Shown piece by piece: positions 40,201-51,023 of a stretch of 64,000 bases of DNA. Position 1 is the first letter of the stretch. Every line of letters starts with the position of its first letter. The notes beneath the pieces are model-generated. The model searched no databases, was not told the origin of the DNA, and saw only the letters and a list, made by a program, of their open reading frames with translations. A program made the position numbers and the translations under genes. This DNA comes from Cycas panzhihuaensis. Lineage: Eukaryota > Plantae > Cycadophyta. The stretch covers positions 188,239,741 to 188,303,740 of the forward strand of contig CM041465.1 in assembly GCA_023213395.1 (NCBI GenBank). The letters are read 5' to 3'.

Positions 40201-42144
40201 CAACATATATGAATGTTCCAAAGAGAAATGTTAAAAGTTTGATGATAAGAGTTCTAAGTACATCCTCATTATCTGTAGTGAACAGAGTAAAGTGCATTGT
40301 GTATATGAGTTGACATCTAAAAAAGTACATACAATGCGGGACGTTATCCTTGAAGAAGGAGAGAAATGAGTTTAAGATAAAACTTAACACCTGGATACTT
40401 TGAAGATATGGTAAGACAAGTGAAAGTAGATCTAGGAACAACCTAAAACTAGTTCTTTGAGACAACAATTTATTAAGCTTAAGTCTGAGTTAAAAAAGAA
40501 AGAAGAAATTGAGGAGGAGATTGCAAATGCTCAAGAGACATAGTCAAAACTTGAGGTCGCTTCACATGTTAAAAAGAAATTTCAAGTGGTATTTGAAAAC
40601 CATGATTAAAGCTCAATTACTTAATATAGAAGGCAAATGAAAATCAAGGATGAGGCTTGATATGGTCAATTTTTCTTTAATGGTAGATGTATTGGATGTT
40701 AATGAGCCTTCAAGTTTTGAAGAAGTCAACTAGCAACAAAAGGGGAGGACAACCATGGATGTTGAAATTCTTATCGTTGAGCAAAATAAAACTTAGGACT
40801 TGGTTGATTTGTTAAAAGGTAAGTAGGGGATTGGTTGTAAATGGGTCTATAAGACCAAATTTAGGTAATATGGCATAGTTGATAAACATAAAACTAGATT
40901 CATAACTAAATGATTCAAATAAATAGAAGGTATTGATTATCGAGAAACATTTTTTTAGTAACAAAGATGATGACAATTAGACTAATACTAGCGATAATTA
41001 CTCACTTTAAATGGCAACTACACTGGTTTGATATCAAGAGTGCATCTCTTAATAGAGATCTTGTAGAGGAGGTTTATATGGAGCAACCACCTAGATATGT
41101 TACCAAGGGCAAAGAGCATTTAGTATGTCACTTGAAGAATACTTTGTATTGTCTCAAATAGGCTTCAAGAGCATGGTATTTTAAGATTGATCAATATTTT
41201 TTAAACAATGAGTTTGAGAGATCGCCAACAGATCCAAACTTGTATATCAAAGTTGAAGAAAATTTAGTCATTCTTATAGTTCTATATGTAGATAATCTTG
41301 TGATAACAAGGAATGGCATTTCAAACGTTGAAGGCTTGAAGAATGATCTCAAGAAAACATTTGAGATGACAGATCTTAGATTGATCTACTATTTTTTGGG
41401 AATGAAAGTATGGCAAAAGTTTGGGAAGATCTTCATTTCACAAGTTAAGTATGCATGAAAAATTTTGAAGAGATTTATAATGGAGGATTGTTCATACCCC
41501 TATAAAAACAGGTTTAAAGTTAACAATTCTAGATGATGATGATGAGTAAATTGATAGCATGATGTTTAGACAACTAGTTGATAGTTTGATATATTTAACT
41601 ACTGCTAGGCTTGATAATTCCTTTGCAGTTAGTATGGTGTCAAGGTTCATGGATGAACCAAAGTAGAGCAGTTGGAAAATTGCAAAGAGGATCCTGAGAT
41701 ATTTGTAGGTAATGTACTTTGGATTGGAGTTGAGCCAAAATGATAATTTCAGGCTAACTGAATATTCAAATTCTGATTGGGTTAGATGTGAGGATAGCAA
41801 AAGGTCCATTTCAGGTTATTGCTTCAATATAGGTTCTACTGTTGTCACTTAGAATGGAAAGAAATAACCTAATGTCACTTTATTGTATAGTGAGGTAGAA
41901 CATAAAGCTGTTATTACAACTATTTATGAAGCCATCTAGTTGAGGCATGTGTTTGGTGATTTGAGATTATATCAAGAGGAGGCAACTACATTGTGTTATG
42001 ATAATCAAACTACTTTAAAGATTGTTAAGAATCTAGTATTTCATGTTTACACTAATTATATTGAGATACATCATCACTTTATTAGGGAGCGCATCTAGAA
42101 TGAAGAGGTTGAGCTTCTATACAGACCAATAAAGGAGCAAATTC
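37208..42144 (+). mobile_element. Ty1/Copia element E, related to Copia A; gag missing, 3' end truncated
   Basis: Putative 5' LTR 37208-37473 (starts tgttagattaatgttta, like the Copia A LTR). PBS tgatatcagagc 37478-37489. Protease WHIDSSTSRHITG at ~39115, integrase ~39700-40300, RT 40750-41700, RNase H to 42144. tggatactttgaagatatgg is shared with element A (482 vs 40392). Confidence 0.8.
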
Positions 42145-43291
42145 TGTTAAGAATTGAAAATGTAATATACATAACATCTAATGGTGAGTAAAAGATAGAA
42201 TAATAGAGTACAAGAAAGATGAAGTATATACACAAATAAACACCATATGTAGAGAATTAACCAAAACTCAAATTAGAGAGAATAAAAGAGTATATACTTA
42301 AGTACATACTCATCATTAGTGAGAGAACCTCATTGGTCAACTTAGATGTGGCATACATCTCTAGGTAACTCACAACCTCTAATATAAAATACAAATAATG
42401 TATATAGAGAGATTACATAGGAGTAATTTATGTAATTGGGATTACACCCATCATTCTCCCTGTAATAGTCAATTACATAAATGATTATCATATCAAATAA
42501 TAAAGCTCAAGTCTTCAAAGGTATACTAGATCAAAACCTGCTGCATTAGAATACATGAACTACTGATGTCCATATGAAGTGAAGTCCATCTACTGGAATG
42601 CATGGGTCGCTAGCCATTACAACTGCCAGTTGAGTAGAAACTTCCTTTGTATACGTGGATCAATCAGTGACAGTAAAAGTACTTGTAAAGTGATCTAACT
42701 CCTTGCTTATGTGGGAATACAAATAATCTTCAAGTGAAAAATATGCAAGTGGCAAGAGTAGCTTCTAAAAGTGTGTCCTACCTCTTGCTAAATAAGACTA
42801 TTACTTCTTTAGCATATAATGATCAGAAATACGATAGGCTCTATGGCTTCAAATCTTCCTCAATGGGCTAAAAAACCATCAATAAAAGTTAATACACGAC
42901 TTTGAAAGATAGATATGACTCAAGTATAACATACATGACTCTCTCTCATATAATGAAGCTCATAATAAGTTCTCTAGAGCCAAAAATAACACCTTGGTAC
43001 ATGTTATCCCCCTCATTTAGGGTATAGTACATCAATAAATATTATGGAATCTTAAGAATTGTATGTATGTATTTGAATGAGTTGAAAAAGTGAAGTAAGA
43101 TGAAGATTTAACAGAAACTTTAAACTTAAAACTAAAAAATCTGTATTAAAACAACTCTAAAAAATATCAAATGACATGGCAACAAAAAGATCTTTCTATT
43201 ACGAGTCTAATGTAATAGACAAAAAGATCTTTCTATTACGAGTCTAATGTAATAGACAAAAAGATCTTTCTATTACGAGTCTAATGTAACA
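42145..43291. mobile_element. LTR-like non-coding block interrupting the RNase H of Copia E
   Basis: Begins with tg exactly where the RNase H sequence stops and could end with ca at 43290-43291. No partner LTR and no matching TSD in the window. Confidence 0.4.
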
Positions 43292-43292
43292 G
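43182..43292. repeat. 37-bp tandem repeat, 3 copies (acaaaaagatctttctattacgagtctaatgtaatag)
   Basis: Units start at 43182, 43219 and 43256; one mismatch in the third. Confidence 0.95.
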
Positions 43293-43314
43293 ATGGGAGA
43301 TGGAAGCGTACCTC

Positions 43315-43336
43315 GGGGGGGGGGGGGGGGGGGGGG
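43315..43336. repeat. G22 homopolymer inside a PBS-like segment
   Basis: The corresponding segment at ~60879-60884 has only G6. Confidence 0.9.
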
Positions 43337-43353
43337 TGTGGGGGTTCACTAAA

Positions 43354-44639
43354 TGAAAGGAGATCAAGTCAATATAATTAACAATCACGGGGTTAAGGAT
43401 CTTCGAAAGTAAGTGAAATGATTTCCCAAAAGGAGCATCCGTGCATCAAAATGCAGGTTCGAGGACCTGCGAATAGTGCACAAACTTCCCTTATGGTGAG
43501 CACCTTCTCAGATTCGGGATGGGCAAGGCAGGCTTCCTTGGTTTGCCGAGTTGCCTCAAGGGACCCTCCTATTCTGGATGGCTAAGGAAGGAGGATTGAG
43601 ATGGGATACACCCTTCCTAAGGAGAGGGAATGGAAGAGGTAGGTCTTAATTGAAGGAGGGAGTACCTACAAGTAAGCAATGGGTGACTGGTAGTGTGGAT
43701 GAGAAGGGGAAGTTGGGCTAAAAAAGGCCAACTTCTAAATAGAGATAAGGCTAAGTGAGGCCTCACCAAAAGGGAAGAAAAAGACCTTAAGGGGGAATGC
43801 CCCTAAAGTGTCTACACCTGAAACATATGACTAAATATAGGGGGTGTATTCTATTTCTTTATTTTCATTATACAATAAGGTAGTATGGTACTATAAGTTG
43901 TTGTTGTTTATAATTTGTATTTTAATTAGGAAAGAAAGTAAACAAGAATGGACAACAACTCTCTCTCTTTAAGTATAAAAGGAAACAAAAAATCATGAAG
44001 CGTAGGAAGAGGATGCAAGGACTAATATAAGTCAACCCAATGGTACATGGGAAAGAGGATAGGTAGGGAGTAGAGGGACTCACAACCCTTTACACTTAGA
44101 CTCTGGCGAATGCGAGAGTTTGAGCCAAGAGAGGGGGGTAAACATGTAACTAGTGGGGATCGACACCCGCTTGTGCAAAGTAATTACCCTTCCTCTTATA
44201 TGATTAAACAAGTCAAGCAACAAACAATGAAACACAAAACCATCTTCTCTTTTGTTCTTCCTTTTCTTCTTTTGGGGGTAAAGGGGGAAAGGAATGGGTG
44301 AGAGGATAGAAAGAAATACACCTAGAAACTGGATGGTCGATGTGGAGACCCTTTTTCTTTCTACGTGATCCATTCTCGTCTATTCAACGCTCCTTGTCGC
44401 GATCGATATTGTGAGAGGAACACTAGTGGGGTTTCCTTACCTTCCCCAATGTCCAAATGCGGAAAGAACCAAAGGAAAAAAGAAAGAATTGCTTAAAATG
44501 AAGTTTCAAAACAATGTAATAATAATAAGAGAGGTATGCATGCCTTCTGTGAAGACCTTCGGTTGCTCCAAAAAGGGGTGAAACTTACACAACAAATGGT
44601 TTATCCTTTCTCAAGGGGCACTAGACATGCATGAGAGTG

Positions 44640-44678
<39 letters not shown>

Positions 44679-46240
44679 GCTTATCAAAATGGAAAAAAAG
44701 AAGGGAAATGACCTTATGCAAATATTCCTTGAATAAGTGCCATATACAATGCTAGTTTTATTTATTATACAAATAAAGTGTTCCAATGATTGCGGGAAAG
44801 GGGAGTAAAAGGATTGAAGAAAGATAGCCTCAAAATGGCAAATCCTTAAAATGATATGTCTTTACGTATCCAAGCACTCAAGTAAGTGGATCAAGACAGA
44901 AGCCAAGTTTCTCCAATGGTAAAAGAGCAACAAACTTTTTATACGGAAAAATTACAAAGAAACGTAAAAGTTGCAATGTGTAACTTTTGCAAGATTTACA
45001 AAAATAAGACTGAAGCGATGTAGATTTCAAGGAGCTACTGCTAAAAACTAGATTTTCTGAAGCTATGAAGGCTAGTTGTAGGCAAAGCAGGTGTTGCTAA
45101 TACTGCAACCAACAAGGTTCCCTACCCCAAGGATTTCCGGGTGGACAAGGGAGGTATTGTGAGAGGAAAAGGAGCAAAGAGTAGGGGGTGCCCTTGAGGA
45201 GATGGCAAAATGGTATAAAACCCTACCTGAAACTCCTTTCTCTCTTCACTGGATTATTTTCTCTCCACCTCCTTGAGTGGACCTGAGGGAAACCTCAAAG
45301 TGCAAGGGAATAAGCCAAAGAAAGAGAAGGGTTTACCTTTTATAATAGATAAATAGGAGGTAGTTTCACACAACAAACTGAAAAGTAAGCAAGAAAACTC
45401 TTATTCTTAAGGAAATGAATAATGTATAGGCCTAAAAACACTTGGTAAAAATAGATCTAAGGCAGATCTACCTCGTTTGGTTGCTGGGAGGGAGGTTTCC
45501 CTTAGAAGATTAGTGAAGAACCCCTGCAACGACGCAAGGAGATAGCATAACCTATAAACAAACTTCATCCTTGTGCTTTGATGGAGTGTTTGTGGAGAAG
45601 ATCTATCCTAGAGATCGCTGCTGCAGGCTTGTAACTCAGGGTTTTACCCTAAGGAAGAAGATGATAGGAGTGGAGGACAGGTATAACAGAAGAGAACCTT
45701 CGTTTCAGAAAAATTTCTTAGAGATGAGGAGGAACAAGAGGAGGAATAAGGTAAATTTTATGTTTTTAAACCCAACCCTAGCCCAACAGGTGATTAGGGC
45801 TCGACCTGGGCAGAAAACAACCCAGTGCCACGTATCAATTTTGTATTTAACGTGAAATTGGCTATGGTCAGACAAAAAAATAAAATTGAATAGTCAAACC
45901 ATGACATACTTCGCGATACCATAGAGTTTACAATAGTACCACAGAATTTGCAGTGGTATACTCAAAATTAAGAGAAAACAAAAAGGGGAGTCCATAAGGC
46001 TCCCCAAAAAAGTGGCCCTAGACCCCGAAAGGGCAAAGTAATGCATTTCTAAGGTGTTGAGGGGGTTTTAAGACCTAGAGGGACCATGATAAATGAGAAA
46101 ATAATGGCAACAAGGCCTTAAAGAGAGACAAGTGGTGAACAAGGGTGACAACCAGGCCTAAATGGATTGATAGGGGTCACGTAGTACCAAGGAGTGGTAA
46201 ATGATGGGCTACGAGAGCCAAGAGTACTTGCAGACATTGT
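43354..46240 (-). repeat. Tat LTR, duplicated copy 1
   Basis: Direct repeat of 46241-49148 and 60896-63806. Confidence 0.93.
44641..44672. repeat. (AC)16 microsatellite in LTR copy 1
   Basis: Read directly. Confidence 0.95.
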
Positions 46241-47531
46241 GGAGATCAAGCCAATATAATTAACAATCACGGGGTTAAGGATCTTCGAAAGTAAGTGAAA
46301 TGATTACCCAAAAGGGGCATCCGTGCGTCGAAATGTAGGTTCGAGGACCTGCGAATGGCACATAAACTTCCCTTATGGCGAGCACCTTCTCAGATTCGGG
46401 ATGGGCAAGGCAGGCTTCCTTGGTTTACCGAGTTACCTCAAGGGACCCTCCTATCTTGGATGGTTAAGGAAGGAGGATTGAGATGGGATACACCCTTCCT
46501 AAGGAGAGGGAATGGAAGAGGTAGGTCTTAATTGAAGGGGGGAGTACCTATGAGTAAGCAATGGGTGACTGGTAGTGTGGATGAGAAGGGGAAGTTGGGC
46601 TAAAAAAGGCTAACTTCTAAATGGAGATAAGGCAAAGTAAGGCCTCACCAAAAGGGAAGAAAAAGACCTTAAGGGGAATACCCCTAAGGTGCATACACTT
46701 GAAACATATGACTAGACATAGGGGGTGTATTCTATTTCTTTGTTTTCATTATACAATGAGGTAGTATGGTACTATAAGTTGTTGTTATTTATAATTTGTA
46801 TTTTAATTAGGAAAGAAAGTAAACAAGAACAGACAACAACTCTCTCTCTTTAAGTATAAAAGGAAACAAACAAGCATGAAGCGTAGGAAGAGGATGCAAG
46901 GACTAATGCAAGTCAACCGAATGGTACATGGAAAAGAGGATAGGTTGGGAGTAGAGGGACTCACAACCCTTTACACTTAGACTCTAGCGAATGCGAGAGT
47001 TTGAGCCAAGAGAGGGGGGTAAAGATGTAACTAGTGGGGATCGACATCCACTTATGCAAAGTAATTACCCTTCCTCTTATATGATCAAATAAGTCAAGCA
47101 ACAAACAATGAAACACAAAACCATCTTCTCTTTTGTTCTTCCTTTTCTTCTTTTGGGGGTAAGGGGGGAAATGAATGGGTAGAGGATTGAAAGAAATGCA
47201 CCTAGAAACTGGACGATCGGTGTGGAGACCTTTTTTCTTTCTACGTGATCCATTCTTGTCCATTCAACACTCCTTGTTGTGATCGATATTGTGAGAGGAA
47301 CACTAGTGGGGTTTCCTTACCTTCCCCAATGTCCAAATGCGGAAAGAACCAAAGGAAAAAAGAAAGAATTGCTTAAAATGAAGTTTTAAAACAATGTAAT
47401 AATAATAAGAGAGGTATGCGTACCTTCTGTGAAGACCTTCGGTTGCTCCAAAAAGGGGTGAAACATACACAACAAATGGTTTATCCTTTCTCAAAGGGCA
47501 CTAGACATGCATGAGAGTGAACACACACACA

Positions 47532-47588
<57 letters not shown>

Positions 47589-49398
47589 GCTTATCAAAAT
47601 GGAAAAAAAGAAGGGAAATGACCTTATGCAAATATTCCTTGAATAAGTGCCATATGCAATGCTAGTTTTACTTATTATGCAAATAAAGTGTTCCAATGAT
47701 TGCGGGAAAAGGGAGTAAAAGGATTGAAGAAAGATAGCCTCAGAATGGCAAATCCTTGAAATGATATGTCTCTACGTATCTAAGCACTCAAGTAAGTGGA
47801 TCAAGATAGAAGCCAAGTTTCTCCAATGGTAAAAGAGCAACAAACTTTGTATACGGAAAATTTACAAAGAAACGTAAAAGTTGCAATGTGTAACTTTTGC
47901 AAGATTTACAAAAATAAGACTGAAACGATATAGATTTCAAGGAGCTACTACTAAAAACTAGATTTTCTGAAGCTATGAAGGCTAGTTGTAGGCAAAGCAA
48001 GGTGTTGCTAACACTGCAACTAACAAGGTTCCCTACCCCAAGGATTTCCGGGTGGTCAAGGGAGGTATTGTGAGAGGAAAAGGAGCAAAGAGTAGTGGGT
48101 GCCCTTGAGGAGATGGCAAAATGGTATAAAACCCTACCTGAAACTCCTTTCTCTCTTCACTGGATTATTTTCTCTCCACCTCCTTGAGTGGACCTGAGCG
48201 AAACCTCAAAGTGCAAGGGAATAAGCCAAAGAAAGGGAAGGGCTTACCTTTTATAATAGACAAATAGGAGGTAGTTTCACACAGCAAATTGAAAAGTAAG
48301 CAAGAAAACTCTTATGCTTAAGGAAATAAATAATGTATAGGCCTAAAAACACCTGGTAAAAATAGATCTAAGGTAGATCTACCTCGTTTGGTTGCTAGGA
48401 GGGAGGTTTCCCTTAGAAGAGTGAAGAATCCCTGCAACGACGCAAGGAGATATCATAACTTGTAAACAAACTTCATGCTTGTGCCTTGATGGAGTGTTTG
48501 TGGAGAAGATCTATCCTAGAGATCACTACTACAGACTTGTAACTTAGGGTTTTACCCTAAGGAAGAAGATGACAGGAGTGGAGGACAGGTATAACAGAAG
48601 AGAACCTTCATTTCATAAAATTTTCTTAGAGATGAGGAGGAACAAGAGGAGGAATGAGGTAAATTTTATGTTTTTAAACCCAACCCTAGCTCAACAGGTG
48701 ATTAGGGCTTGCCCTGGGCAGAAAACAACCCAGCACCACGCATCAATTTTGCATTTAATGTGAAATTGGCTGTGGTCAAACGAAAAAATAAATTTGAATA
48801 GTCAAACCGTGGCATACTTTGCGGTACCATAGAGTTTACAATAGTACCACAAAATTTGCAGTGGTATACTCAAAATTAAGAGAAAACAAAACGGGGAGTC
48901 CATAAGGCTCCTCAAAAAAGGGGGCCTAGACCCCAAAAGGGAAAACTAATGCATTTCTAAGGTGCTGAGGGGGTTTTAAGACCTAGAGGGACCATGATGA
49001 ATGAGAAAATAGTGGCAACAAGGCCTCAAAGAGAGACAAGTGGTGAACAAGGGTGACAACCAGGCCTAAATGGGTTGCTAGGGGTCACGTAGTACTAAGG
49101 AGTGGTAAAGGATGGGCTACGAGAGCCAAGAGTACTTGCAGACATTGTGGAGATATGGCATAGGGTTATAAGATGCCATAGGATGCATATCCCGAGTCAT
49201 CATAGGCTAGAATATTATATGCAAACATAAATATATAGGTAAGTTAAGCACAATGATCATGCAATTAATCAATCAATATGTAATGTGCATCTATCAACAA
49301 TCTAATAGCATCTTAAAGCCAATAAAAGTGAGGATAGACACATACCTATGTTTACCTGAGGTGAGTTATCCATGCCCATTCTCGGTAGCCAGGAAACA
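46241..49398 (-). repeat. Tat LTR, copy 2; right boundary uncertain (49398 or 50424)
   Basis: Colinear with 60901-64000 up to the window end, which corresponds to about 49340. Candidate ends are aca|ctgctcccttgg (49398) and gggctaca|atcaccc (50424). Confidence 0.8.
47521..47580. repeat. (AC)~30 microsatellite in LTR copy 2
   Basis: Read directly; one interruption. Confidence 0.95.
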
Positions 49399-49929
49399 CT
49401 GCTCCCTTGGCAGTAGAGCCTTGCTACTCAGAAGCATGATGCAATGGCGAATGCTAGTAACACAAAGGTTAGTGTAATGTATTAAAGTATAGTAATGTCA
49501 TCATCCAAGGATGTGATGAGTGTCATGATGGAACACATGGACAAGGACGAAAGAGGGGCAACATAGGGGTTACCTATGCATGGCCCTAGAATTTAATGAA
49601 GAGAGGAGAGTGGATGAGGGAGATGTCCCATCACACCTATGCAAGGTAAAAGATGCTGACAATCACGAGCATAATAAGATAACATATTAGAAAGTAAGAT
49701 AACATAACAAAAAGTTTGTACAAGTGGAGATTAGCATGTAGGGGCTTCATACCATAGGTGGTAAGAAGGAAAAAGTGAACAAACAAACCTGGTGGTCAGT
49801 ATAGTTTAACCTTATTAGTGGCCAGCTTTTGGAGGTGTGAACAGATCGTAGAATGGAAGAAGGGATAATCCTAAAACCTAGGTGAATAGGCAACCTGAAA
49901 GGTTTCCTAGGGAGGACCATCGAGAAGGA

Positions 49930-50328
49930 GGAGACGATACTCGAGGATGCGATGGACTAAGCCCTCTGTCCTAGTGTTTAAGTCTCCAGGAATGTGTTGG
50001 ATGTCCATAGAGGAGAAACGAGATAGGAGAGATCTTGCAGTCGAAGTGAGGCTCTCAAATGTAGGTAGCGTACCTAGTAAACTTGGGTAAGCTGTGACAT
50101 GACAATTTGAGAGTCACAAAGGAGGATGATAGGGTCGTGGTAGAAATGAAGCACATTGGTAAGGGCCTCAATAACAACTATGTATTCAACTTCGTTATTG
50201 GTGGTCTCAGGGAGAAAGACTCTAAAACATATGTAGTCGTATCTTGAGGGATTACAGAGGATCCACGTGGTGGCAGAAGGTTCTGGGTTGCCACGACTTT
50301 CTCTATCAGTGAAGATAAGTAATACCAT
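49930..50328 (-). pseudogene. Stand-alone RNase HI (additional/archaeal-type aRH) of the Tat element
   Basis: MVLLIFTDRESRGNPEPS..WIL..ETTNNEVEYIVVIEAL..LLCDSQIVMSQL..Y*V, then after a frameshift FSSMDIQHIPGDLNTRTEGLVHRILE. Matches the DGASRGNPG / TNNxAEY / DSQLV / HIPRxxN..AD.LA motifs. Confidence 0.85.
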
Positions 50329-50915
50329 TGTGAAAGAGCAAGATTTCCATTGAATGATAGGAGAAATAGTGACGATGAGGTTAATAGCTGGCGAGAATGG
50401 AGAAAATATAGTGACAGGGCTACAATCACCCAGAATGCTATGGATATGGGTCCTTAAGTTCAGGACAGTCTTGAAAATAGGCTACCCAGGGGCGAGGAAA
50501 CTGACCTGACGAAGAGGCAAGGGGACGACGATGAAAAGGCCCCTTTGGGGCTCTAAAGGTTACTAAAAGGGGCAAAAGGAGGTCCAGAAAAGAGGAGACG
50601 CTTCCTTTAGGAGCCTCAAAGGCTTAAACGGGCGACAAAAATGAATCTGGAATGGTGAAATGAGTCAAAGGAGTATAAACACGAGTATGTTTTGGAGCAA
50701 TGTAAAAAATGAGACAGAAGGGGTCTGTTGGAAACTGAAGGGGTTTGCTGGAAATTGAAGGGGTCATCATAAATGTACAAAAAAATTTAAAAAAGGGGGG
50801 CACAGAGGTGAAATAGGGGACAAACCCTGAAGACAAAGGCAATGAGGCCAAGGAAATAGTCTCGAGGGCTATCACAGCAAAGGAAAAAGAGGAAGTGCCC
50901 CTCAAGGCCCCCGCA

Positions 50916-50923
50916 TATATAAA
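50916..50923 (+). promoter_or_regulatory. Candidate TATA box for the antisense PMD gene
   Basis: TATATAAA about 100 nt upstream of ATG 51024. Confidence 0.5.
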
Positions 50924-51023
50924 GGAAGGAGGGTGAAAACAAGATTCATTTTCATGGGCTCTTGATCGATTTGGAGCCCTTTCTTCTACACAGCGGAGCC
51001 TTGCTAGACTTTAAGAGCACACA

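Noticed and set aside
43182-43292. 37-bp repeats as a CRISPR array
   Set aside because: The units are contiguous with no spacers, there are no cas genes, and the context is eukaryotic.
44080-44373. ORF family repeated three times (also 46961, 61751; 45571, 48569, 63147)
   Set aside because: These are open frames within LTR copies, with inconsistent starts and stops and no domain similarity.
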